64,000 nt of DNA from an uncultured archaeon (GCA_902384455.1 CABMCB010000071.1:128001-192000); one strand, 5' to 3'; positions 47,108-57,585 are shown, counted from the first letter of the stretch. Numbers and translations: made by a program. Notes: generated by a model not told the origin, from the letters alone.

Positions 47108-48937
47108 ATGCCTCTGGAGAATTCTTACTTAAACCATGTTTGGGTCCTGTTTTTGCTCCTTGTCGGATCGGCCTTTCTGGTGACCTCTTCTTTCGGCAAC
47201 CCTGCCGGTCAGTTTGCCGAACTTAAAATGATGATGCCGGTTCCAATTATGAATCCGGGCTACTGCGGAAATGGGGTGTGCGATGCTGGCGAAAATGGGG
47301 TAGCATGTCCGGCTGACTGCGGTGGTTTTATACATCCAATCGGACGTGGTTCCTACTGCGGAAATGGCATAAAAGAAACCGGGGAAGTGTGTGATGGTAA
47401 TGACGGCTGCAAGCCTATGGAAATGTGCGCATCAAATTGCTCTAAATGCATTAAGATGCCTTACTGCGGCGATGGTATATGCGAGACTTGGGAAAACGAG
47501 TTGGACTGGAATACCGCCCAAATGCTCTGCGGCATCAAGGGACCTATTACATTGAAGAAAGGCGATAAAGAGGTCGAGACCTGTCAGGTTCCGCGAAACA
47601 AGGTCTGCAGTCCTGACTGTGGTTGCCCTGACTATCTCACAGGATGGGTATGGGGCAAGTCCGTCTGGGGGAACACAGAGTGTACGTGGCTTCCAAATGA
47701 TGGTGTGTGCCAATTAGGTGAAACAGATTGCAGGGATTGCCCTTGCGGCGACGGTTGGGCATGCAAGGAGGAAAAAACAAACTTCATGGGCAAAGAAACG
47801 ACCACGTATGTCTGTAAAGCATCCGGGTCATGCGGTGACGGCATATGCGCGAAACGTCCGAACGGCAATTGCCTTTCGTATGGTCCTGATGAGAGCATAG
47901 CAAATTGTTGTAGGGACTGTGCCTGCCCCGATGGTTATCGTTGTAAAACAGAAGACCGCAAGGTACAGGACACTACGACGAATCCTCCCTCCGAAAAAAC
48001 AATCAAGGTTGATGTCGGTTGCAAACCTATTTGTGGAGACGGCAAATGCGTATATGCTGACGCAAAGGCAATGCTCGAGTCTCTTGCCGGAAAAGGCGCA
48101 ATAGTAACGGGAAGCGAAAGTTGCGCAGAAAAAATTCTCTACCAGCAATACGGCATAGAAAAAGAATCTTATGCAACGTGTTGTCAAGATGGCGATGGGA
48201 AAAACGACTGTTCATGTCCTTGCTCGCAGCAGGGATGCGAAAAAATACGGGATGGAACTGATCCTGGCAATCCAGAGGCAAATACGCACGTTTGCATGAA
48301 CTGTAAGGAACTGATGATAATATCCGAAGCTGATTTCAACTATTACACTCATACGATACAAAATTGGAGCAAGTACACCGATATCAAATGCCTCGACAAG
48401 TGCCAAAGCATACCTGACAATAGGGCTATGGCCAACACGCCTGACGATGTATTGGCGATATTAGAAGGCTTTTGCTCTAAGTGCAAGAACACAGGGACTA
48501 AACTTGAAAATTTCGTGATAATGGGTCATGGAGAAAGCTTTAATTCTCCTCTCAAACCAGACGGGACCTGCGATAAACCTACCGGGCGAATATTCTTCCC
48601 TCAAACAGTATTAGACGATAATTGGATTACTGCCCACAGAGACCGGCTTGAGGCTCTAAGGGGTTGCTTTGCGCCGGGCGCGCACATGAACTTTATTTCT
48701 TGTTTCATGGGTGACACTCAGATTCCGTTGCTGTTCAGCGAAATATGGCCAGACGTCACGATTACCGCAGGAAGCGGTCCAGTGAGTTGTGATGAGAAGA
48801 CTAAGGTCTGCGTGCCCCAAAATTACGTCTGCATCTACCAGGCTGGTGTACGAATACAGCCCCCGCTTGACGAAGTATGTAGTCCCGTGATTATGCCGGG
48901 CGGAGGAATGGGCTCATGTCAGGCTCCGCTGCCTTAA
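47108..48937 (+). CDS. secreted Cys-rich (CG[D/N]G.C repeat) protein with C-terminal caspase/CHAT/DUF4347-like domain
   Basis: Hydrophobic N-terminus; at least five CG(N/D)G repeats; FVIMGHG...NFISCFMG His-Cys pattern. Start may be 47069 or 47108. Confidence 0.7.
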   Translation: MPLENSYLNHVWVLFLLLVGSAFLVTSSFGNPAGQFAELKMMMPVPIMNPGYCGNGVCDAGENGVACPADCGGFIHPIGRGSYCGNGIKETGEVCDGNDGCKPMEMCASNCSKCIKMPYCGDGICETWENELDWNTAQMLCGIKGPITLKKGDKEVETCQVPRNKVCSPDCGCPDYLTGWVWGKSVWGNTECTWLPNDGVCQLGETDCRDCPCGDGWACKEEKTNFMGKETTTYVCKASGSCGDGICAKRPNGNCLSYGPDESIANCCRDCACPDGYRCKTEDRKVQDTTTNPPSEKTIKVDVGCKPICGDGKCVYADAKAMLESLAGKGAIVTGSESCAEKILYQQYGIEKESYATCCQDGDGKNDCSCPCSQQGCEKIRDGTDPGNPEANTHVCMNCKELMIISEADFNYYTHTIQNWSKYTDIKCLDKCQSIPDNRAMANTPDDVLAILEGFCSKCKNTGTKLENFVIMGHGESFNSPLKPDGTCDKPTGRIFFPQTVLDDNWITAHRDRLEALRGCFAPGAHMNFISCFMGDTQIPLLFSEIWPDVTITAGSGPVSCDEKTKVCVPQNYVCIYQAGVRIQPPLDEVCSPVIMPGGGMGSCQAPLP

Positions 48938-48962
48938 CTGATAACTCTTCCTGAGGGGCCAG

Positions 48963-49574
48963 TCACTTGGTCGTCATCATAAAAAGCTTGGTCACAGCGT
49001 CCCAGTCAATCAAATTCCACCAGTTTGTTACGTAGTCTGCGCGTTTGTTTTGGTATTTGAGGTAGTATGCGTGTTCCCAGACGTCTACGATTAGGATTGG
49101 TTTTTTTCCTTGGGATAGTGGTGTGTCGTGGTTTAGGGTGGAGGATATGGTCAGTTTGTTGCCGTCGACGGTGAGCCATCCCCATCCTGATCCGAATTGT
49201 TTTACTGCTGCGTCGGTGAGTTTCTGCTTGAAGTCCTGGAAGCTTCCGAACGATTCTTTTATTGCGTCCGCAAGGTCTCCTGTCGGTTCGCCTCCTGCGT
49301 TTGGGCTCATAGTGCTCCAGTACAGGTTATGGTTTGCGATTCCTCCTGCGTTGAATGTTACTCCCGCCCTTATCTCTTGGGGTATTGCTAGAAGCGAAGT
49401 GAGTATTTGGTCCAGCGTTTTCGCCTGAAGTTCGGGGCGTCCTTCCAGCAGTTTGTTCAGGTTGTTTACGTATGCTGCGTGGTGTTTGTCGTGGTGTATT
49501 TCCACTGTTTTGGCGTCTATGTATGGCTCAAGCGCGTCGTATGCGTAAGGCAGTTTAGGTAGTTCATGCGGCAT
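48963..49574 (-). CDS. sod: Fe/Mn superoxide dismutase
   Basis: HHDKHHAAYV, NH.LYW, FGSGWGWL, DVWEHAYY. Confidence 0.96.
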   Translation of the reverse strand: MPHELPKLPYAYDALEPYIDAKTVEIHHDKHHAAYVNNLNKLLEGRPELQAKTLDQILTSLLAIPQEIRAGVTFNAGGIANHNLYWSTMSPNAGGEPTGDLADAIKESFGSFQDFKQKLTDAAVKQFGSGWGWLTVDGNKLTISSTLNHDTPLSQGKKPILIVDVWEHAYYLKYQNKRADYVTNWWNLIDWDAVTKLFMMTTK

Positions 49575-49693
49575 TTTAGTTCACCTTTTTTTGTTTTGAT
49601 ATTTGTTTTTGGCTTTAAAAGCATTAACTATCGTTAAGTGCGCTTGATGTTAACCGGTTAGCGGATAATAACTTTGCCTTCGTGGTTATACTC

Positions 49694-52600
49694 ATGAAGG
49701 TAGTTGCTTCTCCTGCGTCTTCGGGCGAGGATTTGGACGTGCCTTCAACGTTGCCCGCCCTCGATGAACGCGCCGCCGCCATAGCTCAAAATCTGGCATT
49801 GAAATCCGGCAGCCAGAGGGCGCAGGCTTACCTTCGTAGTTCTGAGGGTCAGCGTGGTCAGGATGGGTCTGGCGTGGGTGACGGATCGGATGATTCTTTT
49901 TCTCGCAGGCGCAAAAGGAGGAAGCAGCCTTTTGAGGGGGTGCCTGAGGAGTTTGCTAGGCGGGCGGCGAAGGATTCTTTCCGAGAGGAAATCTCTTCCT
50001 TATCTCAGGCTGAGTTGGGGCGTCTTGCAGTAACGCTTTCTAAGTACGCTGAAACAGGCATGCCTATCGAGCAGGAACGCGTTGTGGCGGCCTCTGTGGT
50101 TGAGCAGTGTCTTTCACCCGAGGTTTTGGGTCGTTTTGACCGTGAGGCTCTTGTTTCAGAGTGTGTTTCTTTCGGAGGCGTTAGAGGGCATGTTGATGGG
50201 GAGGTTGCTGCGCGTTTAGGTTTGGCTTCTGACGGGAGTGAGGGGGCGTTGGTTAGGGAGGTTGAGGCGGGACTTAGGCGTGCGTCCGAGGTTGTTGGCA
50301 TTAGGTCTGATTCTGTGGTTTTTGATGCGGCTAGGGCTTTTGAGTTGGTTGTTCCTTTGATTGGTGATTCTAATGTTTTGCGGGGTGTTTATTCGGAGAT
50401 TGTCGGTTGGGGCGTTGGGGGGCGTAGGTTGGAGGGGATTTCGGATGAGAGGGCTCATTTGGCGGGTTTGGTTGTGCGGCGGTTGGATGATTGGGTTAAG
50501 CGGGAGTTTGCTTGCGGGCTTGTAGCTGAAGGGTTTAATCCTCGCTATTCTTCGCGGCGTAGTCTTATTCGGGAGGCGGTGTCTGTCGCTGATTCTTGTA
50601 GTGACGGCTCTAGGATAGCTGTTGCGGAGGTGCTTTTTGACAGGTTGGGTTCTTTGGAGTCTGATGATTCGTCTTTGAATGCTGCGACAGAGGCGATTGG
50701 AGGTGTTCTTTCTGGCGTAAGGCACGGGAGGGCTGTTGAGGATTTTCTTTCGACTCATGACTTGAGGCTTCATCCTTCGGGTAGGGTCAGGAATGCGTAT
50801 GCGGTGATGTTGGGCAACTTAGGTGCGGCTTCGCAAGAGTCGGGAGTTAAGGTTTTGTGCGCAAGCAAGCTTTCGGATCTCTTCGATTTCCCGCCGCATG
50901 AAAGAAGGAATACCGAGCATCATCTTGACGTCTCGGAAGTTCCTTTCACCGCAGGAACCCAGCTTCTGAAGGTAGCCCGTTCCATGGACGACCCGGCAGA
51001 CTTGATGCCGGTGGTTGACGGCGTCAGCCGGCACGTAGACCACCCCATAGAATTTGTCAGGGAAAACGCTGCTGCAGTACTTATGGGAATAAGAAGTCAC
51101 GTCGGAGGACTGGATGCTTCGCGGGTTGTGCTATCGGAAGTGGAAGAATCAATGTCTGCCACAATAGGAAGCCACAGAAACGCGTTTCCCGGAAGCGAGC
51201 CGCAAGTGGACGCAATAAAGAAAGGAGTAGCTCGGGTCATAAGAAAGCACGGGGCCGCAGCGGCAAAATCAGACGACCCGGCCGAAACTCTCGGAAGATT
51301 GTCTGAAAGAGTCTTTGACGGCGTGGAATTCCCAGACACCTATTCGGAAGGATTAACCCGGCTTAAGGCCGCAATCGCGGGAGAACTTGCCGACCAAACG
51401 CCTGTATTAAATAATCTCGGTTCTACGGCAGACGATTTGAAGGCTCCTGTTCTTGCGCGCATAGACGATGCGTTAGCTCACTATCCTTACCATTTGGCCG
51501 GGGATTTGGTGCGGGAGGATTTAGTCGGCCGTCTTATTGGGCGGGTGAATGCGTCAAAGGGTATGCAGCATTCTGAGTTTGATGGTTCTTTGGTTTATCA
51601 TAGGCAGTTGGCTGGTTCTATGGTTTTGGGTATTGCTGATGGGGTTGTGGAGGAGGCGTCTGCGCTTAGGGTTTTGTCGACTTTGCTTTCGAATGTTGCA
51701 GGCTATCATGAGTATGGGTTGCCTGTGAACGCAAATGAGTTTTCTGAGACTCTGTCGCGGCTTTGTTCGCGCATAAGTTCCTCTGAGGGTGCTGAGGCAG
51801 CGGCTGTAATGTTGTTGGACAGGTGTGACCGCCAGAATTATTACTGGCGTGATGTGCCTTTTGTGGGGCTTGCTTGCGGGATGGCGGGTAAGATTTCGGA
51901 TTCTGAATCTGCGGGTAGGGTTCTTCCTGCGTTTGAGCGGGCGGCGAAGGCGTGGCAGCCAAATAATGTCGGAGAGGGGAATTCTGCTTTGGATGAGGTC
52001 GTAAGGTTGTGTGCTTTGTGTCCGCCTCAGAGGCGGGCTCAGGTAATATCCGGCTTAGTCGGTGACGTTCTGGGGAAAAGCGACGAAGACAGATTCCTCG
52101 GATTAATATACAATGCCCCGTTGACTGCCAGAGCTATCGTGAAAATAGCTTCATTAGGGTCGGCCGAGGAGAGGGTTGAAACTGTGAGGGCTGCTGTGGT
52201 GGATGTGGGTAAGGTTCCTCGCGATGAAAGGGAGTTGTTGATGTACGGTGCGGTGAGGGCGTGTGTTTCAGACGACGAGGTTAAGCAGGTGGCTGCCGCC
52301 GCGTCGGAAATACTTTTTCCAGGCGATAAGAGTAGTCCCATGTACTGTGCAACAACAAGCGCCCGCTCTCTTATGGCCGACAGGAGCGGTTTAAGCAGCA
52401 GGGAACCTCCTGTTGTCGTCGAGTTCGATGAGGCTACGGAGACGGCGAAAAGGTGTGCGTTGCTTATTGAGGATCCTACGGAAAGGTTTACCGCGGCAAA
52501 AAACTTTGTTCCATCGTACTCCTTCCATGAGGACAGGTATAATGTAGCCGCATTGTCTGCCGCCAACTCTGTGGTGGCGACATTAAATGGGCATGGAGTG

Positions 52601-55030
52601 CAGGCGGAGTACGCGAAAGAACTTCTTAACTCCCTGCGGCACAGGAGCGACAAATACGAGACCTGCCGTTTGATAACCCAGACTGTCTCAGGATTAATTC
52701 CGCAGTTCTCGCGGCAGGAAACACTGGAGTTCCTTGCCGCCCTTCCAGTTGAAATAAGCGCAGTAGAACAAAGAAGAGACCACGCAGGAGTAAGAGGTCA
52801 AGTAGCCAAACTTGCGGCAACAGCATTTGAGGCGTTGGGGCCAGAAGGCCTTCAGGAAGGATTAAACGCGGTATTACAGACGATAGACCACCCGCCTAAA
52901 GATTCTCACATAGACGCCGAAAGGACTCTCATAGACATAGGGCGGGCTGTGTCGGACGATTCATTGCTTTTGTCGTTCGCCCGCAGAATAGCCCCGAACT
53001 TATCCGACCCTTACTCTCAACGGAGGGGAGACGCGGCAGAGGCGCTTGCCGAATTCGGAAGCAAAATTCAAAATCCCCAAATTCTTGCGGAACTTGTGGC
53101 TTTAATAGAACCCTCCCGGCAAAGCCCAATATCTGAAATAAGCAGGACCGCCTCCAACACCCTCACCCGCATGAGAGACCTAACTCCTACAGAAGCCGCA
53201 GAAAGACGGGCGATAATAACCGGCGCACCACCTCCCGCCGAAGTCACAGACGAAAAACGCCTAGCAACACTAAGCGAACTATGCGCCCACCCAACAGCAC
53301 TCTACCACGACGAGTCCATACGATGGGTCGAAGAACTAGCAAACGGCCTCAACGACCCCCAGATGAAGGTTACGGCTGCTGAAATGCTTTTGGGCACTGG
53401 CCGGCGGAAAACCGAAAGGAGAATGACAGCTTTGGTTGCCACACTTGTTGAGCCTGAAAAGCTAGACGGGATACTTCAGGAAGCAATAACGGGTCTTTCT
53501 GCAGGAGACGGAAGCAGGGAAACAACGCTTGCAGGCCTAAGCGAACTCGGGGCGCTTGTGCCCTACTGCAGAAACCCGCATATTCTTGCTCAAGTCTCAC
53601 AGATGAGGGACGGCCTGATCATGAGTTTGTGCGAGGCGAGAAAATTGAGTTCCGTGGAAGTGGGCGCTATAAGCCGCATTTTAGAGGAGACTTCGGCTGC
53701 CGGAGTCAGCGGCGAGTTGATGAATGCTTTCAGCGCGGTGGAGATGCCTTATGACGCAGGGTCCCTTCGTCTGATATCCGAACTCGCCTTCTGGACAGGC
53801 TCAAAAATAGTTCCCGGAACCCTGCCGGCATACTGCACCCTAGACAGAAGCTCATTCATATTCAGCCCTCAATCACAGGAAGCAGGATACACGGAAACCG
53901 TCTTAGCCTCCCTTAAGGAAACAGTCGAACTGGGGCTCATAACGGAGAAAGGCCTAGGATACGACCTGCCGATAAAGGATCCGCGGTATAAAATAGGAAA
54001 CGCCTTCCACGGAAGAAGCTCCTTCTCCATAAGCGAACCCACCCAAGGAGACACCTCATCTTACGCCCGCGTATTCAAGGCAAACGGCACATACTACGGA
54101 ACAGACGGAATAAGCTTCCAATGGCGAGGAGGCCAAAACGAAATCCACCTCGAAGTCCACATGTTCTGGGGAGGAGACATACTCAAACTAAGCGACATAC
54201 AAGCAAGAAACGCATTGCGCATAAGAAAAGGACTAAACGACCTATACAACCAAGGCGACCCCCACATACGCCGTGCGGTAGAAGAATTCGGCGCATTCCC
54301 GATAACAGAAGACGGAATAAACCCCGACGCAATATACCAACCATTCGGCCAATTCAAACCCCAATTCATACCTCAATGGCTAAACCCTGAAGAAAGCAAA
54401 ACAGGCGAAAGCATAGGGAGAATAAGAAACATACGACACAGAGACGGCCTAAGCATAGCAGGAGTGCCGGACGAATACATAAGAGGCCACAGGATAATCG
54501 GATACATAGTGCCGGTGCCGGAGCGCGTAGGCGAACTGACCCCTATAGGGCAGGCAGATGCCGCCTGGGTTAAAACGTTTTCCTACTGCGGATACCAGCT
54601 GATACGCCAGCCAGGCCAAATTCCTCGCGTAATGAAAGACGGGCAGGAAGTCGAATACAGGGAAGCAGCCCGTGAAGTGCTTTATGGATTCGCCTCCCGG
54701 TGGGCCTCAGTAAACTATTACGTGCACCACATACTCAACGGGGCTCTATCTAACGACTTCGGATCCGTATACGACGATGAACAAAAGCACAACTCTGGGT
54801 TCTGCCTGCATGACTTGGACGTAGCATGGGCCGGCGACCAGTACGATGCCATGCACAACCGCACTCCCACAAGCAAGCCCACACTAAGCAACTCACGAGA
54901 ATACTACCAGCGGGAAGACGACAGAAACGCCCTCCAACTTCTGGACTACATCGCCGGGCTGCTTAGGGTGCCGGAAATGCACCAAGAAGCGCAAAACATA
55001 TTCCTGGAAATAAACCCCCCATCAAGGTAA
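49694..55030 (+). CDS. giant orphan protein, HEAT/ARM-like helical region plus globular C-terminal domain
   Basis: Uninterrupted ~1780-codon ORF; HEAT-like segments (HPSGRVRNAYAVMLG, HPIEFVRENAAAVL, DPYSQRRGDAAEALA); no signal peptide. Confidence 0.75.
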   Translation: MKVVASPASSGEDLDVPSTLPALDERAAAIAQNLALKSGSQRAQAYLRSSEGQRGQDGSGVGDGSDDSFSRRRKRRKQPFEGVPEEFARRAAKDSFREEISSLSQAELGRLAVTLSKYAETGMPIEQERVVAASVVEQCLSPEVLGRFDREALVSECVSFGGVRGHVDGEVAARLGLASDGSEGALVREVEAGLRRASEVVGIRSDSVVFDAARAFELVVPLIGDSNVLRGVYSEIVGWGVGGRRLEGISDERAHLAGLVVRRLDDWVKREFACGLVAEGFNPRYSSRRSLIREAVSVADSCSDGSRIAVAEVLFDRLGSLESDDSSLNAATEAIGGVLSGVRHGRAVEDFLSTHDLRLHPSGRVRNAYAVMLGNLGAASQESGVKVLCASKLSDLFDFPPHERRNTEHHLDVSEVPFTAGTQLLKVARSMDDPADLMPVVDGVSRHVDHPIEFVRENAAAVLMGIRSHVGGLDASRVVLSEVEESMSATIGSHRNAFPGSEPQVDAIKKGVARVIRKHGAAAAKSDDPAETLGRLSERVFDGVEFPDTYSEGLTRLKAAIAGELADQTPVLNNLGSTADDLKAPVLARIDDALAHYPYHLAGDLVREDLVGRLIGRVNASKGMQHSEFDGSLVYHRQLAGSMVLGIADGVVEEASALRVLSTLLSNVAGYHEYGLPVNANEFSETLSRLCSRISSSEGAEAAAVMLLDRCDRQNYYWRDVPFVGLACGMAGKISDSESAGRVLPAFERAAKAWQPNNVGEGNSALDEVVRLCALCPPQRRAQVISGLVGDVLGKSDEDRFLGLIYNAPLTARAIVKIASLGSAEERVETVRAAVVDVGKVPRDERELLMYGAVRACVSDDEVKQVAAAASEILFPGDKSSPMYCATTSARSLMADRSGLSSREPPVVVEFDEATETAKRCALLIEDPTERFTAAKNFVPSYSFHEDRYNVAALSAANSVVATLNGHGVQAEYAKELLNSLRHRSDKYETCRLITQTVSGLIPQFSRQETLEFLAALPVEISAVEQRRDHAGVRGQVAKLAATAFEALGPEGLQEGLNAVLQTIDHPPKDSHIDAERTLIDIGRAVSDDSLLLSFARRIAPNLSDPYSQRRGDAAEALAEFGSKIQNPQILAELVALIEPSRQSPISEISRTASNTLTRMRDLTPTEAAERRAIITGAPPPAEVTDEKRLATLSELCAHPTALYHDESIRWVEELANGLNDPQMKVTAAEMLLGTGRRKTERRMTALVATLVEPEKLDGILQEAITGLSAGDGSRETTLAGLSELGALVPYCRNPHILAQVSQMRDGLIMSLCEARKLSSVEVGAISRILEETSAAGVSGELMNAFSAVEMPYDAGSLRLISELAFWTGSKIVPGTLPAYCTLDRSSFIFSPQSQEAGYTETVLASLKETVELGLITEKGLGYDLPIKDPRYKIGNAFHGRSSFSISEPTQGDTSSYARVFKANGTYYGTDGISFQWRGGQNEIHLEVHMFWGGDILKLSDIQARNALRIRKGLNDLYNQGDPHIRRAVEEFGAFPITEDGINPDAIYQPFGQFKPQFIPQWLNPEESKTGESIGRIRNIRHRDGLSIAGVPDEYIRGHRIIGYIVPVPERVGELTPIGQADAAWVKTFSYCGYQLIRQPGQIPRVMKDGQEVEYREAAREVLYGFASRWASVNYYVHHILNGALSNDFGSVYDDEQKHNSGFCLHDLDVAWAGDQYDAMHNRTPTSKPTLSNSREYYQREDDRNALQLLDYIAGLLRVPEMHQEAQNIFLEINPPSR

Positions 55031-55045
55031 GGCGCAATAAATCAT

Positions 55046-56218
55046 CTACGCCAAAGATTTCGCTATCTCCTTCTCCGCCTTCTCCTGCAGAGGATTGGTT
55101 ACTGCGTCTTCCGCAGCAAACATCACCTTCTGGACGGCGGTAGGGTGGGTTCGAGCGTACCTATCCCTGCACTCGTCCCTGAATTCCCCGATTGATAAAC
55201 TGTCGCAGACGCTTACGTTCATCGTGTTGACTGCAACGTCGCCAACGCAATCAATATGATTATCAAAATCCTTAACTTTGTCGCACAATTCAGGACGCTT
55301 CCACTTAGACGCCACTGCGACAACGCACTCTTTGTACTCCTCAGGGTAACTCCCCATCTTACCACAGTACAATTCATTCCCTCTATCCGCCGCAACCGCC
55401 GTAAAACAAGCGCCGCTACCCCCCTCAAAATTAGATATAGGAAGCAGGGAGTTGTTGACCTTATTGCAAGACTCCGGGTCTGCGGCGTTAATGCCGACAT
55501 GCAGATAACACCGGTTGGCGTCAAACTCATTCGTAAGATTACTGCAGGCCTCAGGATTCCTCCCAATAGAAGCAAGACAAAGCGATTTGTCACTCCCCCC
55601 AAGCTTGTTGCAGACGCCTGCCTCCCTAGTTGAAAGGCCTACCTGCAGGTTGCATTTGTCGCGGGTGTATGCGCCTTCGATTTTGTCGCATAGGTCTGTG
55701 CTGTTGGCGTTGGTGCCTGAGTACCCGTAGCAGTCGTCTTTGAGGTCTTTAGAGTTTATCTTGTTGCAGAGTTCTGGTTTGTTGTGGAATTTTCCTATGC
55801 GCCCCAGGCAGGCATCGCGGCTTGATTCGTCAGTCAGCTGTTCGCACATGGAGGAGTCACCTTTGGAGAAGGCGACGTCACCCAGACAGGACTCTGCGTC
55901 GCTCTTTTTAGGGAACTTCTCGCATATCGCAGGATCCTTGTTCCTCGTCGCCGCATTAGTAAGGCACTGTGTCTGACGGGTATCATCAGGAAACAGGCTA
56001 CATTTGTCGGGGTCGTCTATTATGCTGCCTAATGAATTAAGGCACTCCTCCCGGTCACTAGTATAATTGTGTTGGAGGCATATTCGCGGGTCCTCGGAAT
56101 CCAAGGCTTTCTGGGTTATTGGGTCGTGCTCCTCAAAGCAGCCCGAAGCAAAAACAACGATTAAAACGGCGGCAAACGCCGTCCACACCCCCCTAGCGGG
56201 ATGACGAGCGGTTGCCAT
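55046..56218 (-). CDS. lipoprotein-like protein with tandem Cys-pair helical repeats
   Basis: FASGC lipobox; about 11 repeats of D...C.........D.C. Confidence 0.8.
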   Translation of the reverse strand: MATARHPARGVWTAFAAVLIVVFASGCFEEHDPITQKALDSEDPRICLQHNYTSDREECLNSLGSIIDDPDKCSLFPDDTRQTQCLTNAATRNKDPAICEKFPKKSDAESCLGDVAFSKGDSSMCEQLTDESSRDACLGRIGKFHNKPELCNKINSKDLKDDCYGYSGTNANSTDLCDKIEGAYTRDKCNLQVGLSTREAGVCNKLGGSDKSLCLASIGRNPEACSNLTNEFDANRCYLHVGINAADPESCNKVNNSLLPISNFEGGSGACFTAVAADRGNELYCGKMGSYPEEYKECVVAVASKWKRPELCDKVKDFDNHIDCVGDVAVNTMNVSVCDSLSIGEFRDECRDRYARTHPTAVQKVMFAAEDAVTNPLQEKAEKEIAKSLA

Positions 56219-56224
56219 ACGGGC

Positions 56225-56764
56225 TCAGTCGATTACGGCGCCGTACTCCTTAACCATGTCGCGGGTGCGCTTAGCGGCCTTAGTCGCATCCTCAGGGGTC
56301 TTGGCGCCCGTGATAATAATGCGTCCTGACCGGAATATTAGCATCACCGTCTTGGGTTTGTCGAGTCGGAAAACAAGGCCTGGAAACTGCTCCGGCTCAT
56401 ACTCGGTATTCTCTGCTTCCATCGCCAAGACGTCCAGGTTCACTTTGACGTTCATTGACGCGGAAGCCACAATGTTTTGAATCTCAACAAGAGGCGTCTC
56501 AGAAACGCGCATTCCAGCGCCCCTAAGCTTGGAAAGAAGCTGCTTTAGGGCGGCGTTTATGTCGTCGATGTTTCTGGCTCCGCTGCAGATGACTTTGCCC
56601 GTGCGGAACACAAGCATAGCCACCTTAGGCTTCTGAAGCCTGTAAATAACCCCCGGAAACTTATTCGGGTTCTCAATCTCAGGCACGGCCTTAGTCAGCT
56701 TCTCCAAGTCTATGTTGCGGTAAAGCGTGATAGACGAGACGATGTTTTCGATGTTGGGCTTCAT
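56225..56764 (-). CDS. tbp: TATA-box binding protein
   Basis: Two repeats: IENIVSS..FPGVIYR..F.TGKV.CSGA and IQNIVAS..YEPEQFPGLVFR..IF.SG....TGAK. Confidence 0.96.
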   Translation of the reverse strand: MKPNIENIVSSITLYRNIDLEKLTKAVPEIENPNKFPGVIYRLQKPKVAMLVFRTGKVICSGARNIDDINAALKQLLSKLRGAGMRVSETPLVEIQNIVASASMNVKVNLDVLAMEAENTEYEPEQFPGLVFRLDKPKTVMLIFRSGRIIITGAKTPEDATKAAKRTRDMVKEYGAVID

Positions 56765-56826
56765 TGTCCTTTATAAATACGGTATGTTATAAACGGGGGT
56801 CATTTAAATATATAATCCCCACCACG
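56765..56826. promoter_or_regulatory. divergent promoter region with TATA-like boxes
   Basis: TTTAAATA (56803-56810, + strand) and TTTATAAC (56786-56793, - strand) lie roughly 20 nt ahead of the respective start codons. Confidence 0.5.
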
Positions 56827-57573
56827 ATGGACCAAGCTGCTTACTCTGCGCTCTATAGCCGGCTTACGAAACCGGATGACTACGCCGAGTTGGCGCGGGA
56901 ATACCGCATCACCAAGGAGACGGTCCACGTCCTGCATTGCCAGAAAATAGTCCGCGAAGTAAAAAGCCGCCACTCCTACGTCATGCAAAAGGCCCCGGAA
57001 ATGCTCGAAAGGTGGAAGCGCGGGGAAACGTTCCTTAAATTGGCCCGCCACTTCGATTTTCCCCCCGCCTTAACCGCAAGCATAATACTTAGAACCGACG
57101 GATACAGCCGCGGCCATATACAGCAGATGATGAAGGAGCCCTCATCCATAGACAAGCCCCGCATTAGGAGGGAGCTGGAGGAGGCGCTGGAAAACGAACT
57201 GGTTTACAGTCCCCAACGCCTGACGGAGCAGGTGGAGAGGGGAAAACGCACGGAAAACTACATAGCCCGCTGGCTAGACAAAAGAAACGCCCAATACACC
57301 ACTGAAGCCCAAGCCAAAGAAGCCGGCCACCAAGGCAAAACACCCGACTTCCTACTTGCGCACCCCATAGACTTTCAGGGGAAAAAAATAAACTGGATTG
57401 AATGCAAAGGAAGCTTCGGCGACCCCAAAGAAATCCGCATCAACTACCGCAAGCAGCTAATGCACTACCTGGAGCTGTTCGGATACGGCGTCGTACTATA
57501 CTGGTACGGCGTAGTAGACGGACACCAAGTAAAAGACGTCGGCATATACGAGCCGTCAGCCTTCAGGGATTAA
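56827..57573 (+). CDS. C15orf41/CDIN1-family (TPD motif) PD-(D/E)xK nuclease-like protein
   Basis: KTPDFLL..P......INWIECKGSFG, QL..Y...FG.G.V.YW.G; start reassigned to ATG 56827. Confidence 0.85.
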   Translation: MDQAAYSALYSRLTKPDDYAELAREYRITKETVHVLHCQKIVREVKSRHSYVMQKAPEMLERWKRGETFLKLARHFDFPPALTASIILRTDGYSRGHIQQMMKEPSSIDKPRIRRELEEALENELVYSPQRLTEQVERGKRTENYIARWLDKRNAQYTTEAQAKEAGHQGKTPDFLLAHPIDFQGKKINWIECKGSFGDPKEIRINYRKQLMHYLELFGYGVVLYWYGVVDGHQVKDVGIYEPSAFRD

Positions 57574-57585
57574 GGAGGCGAAAAA

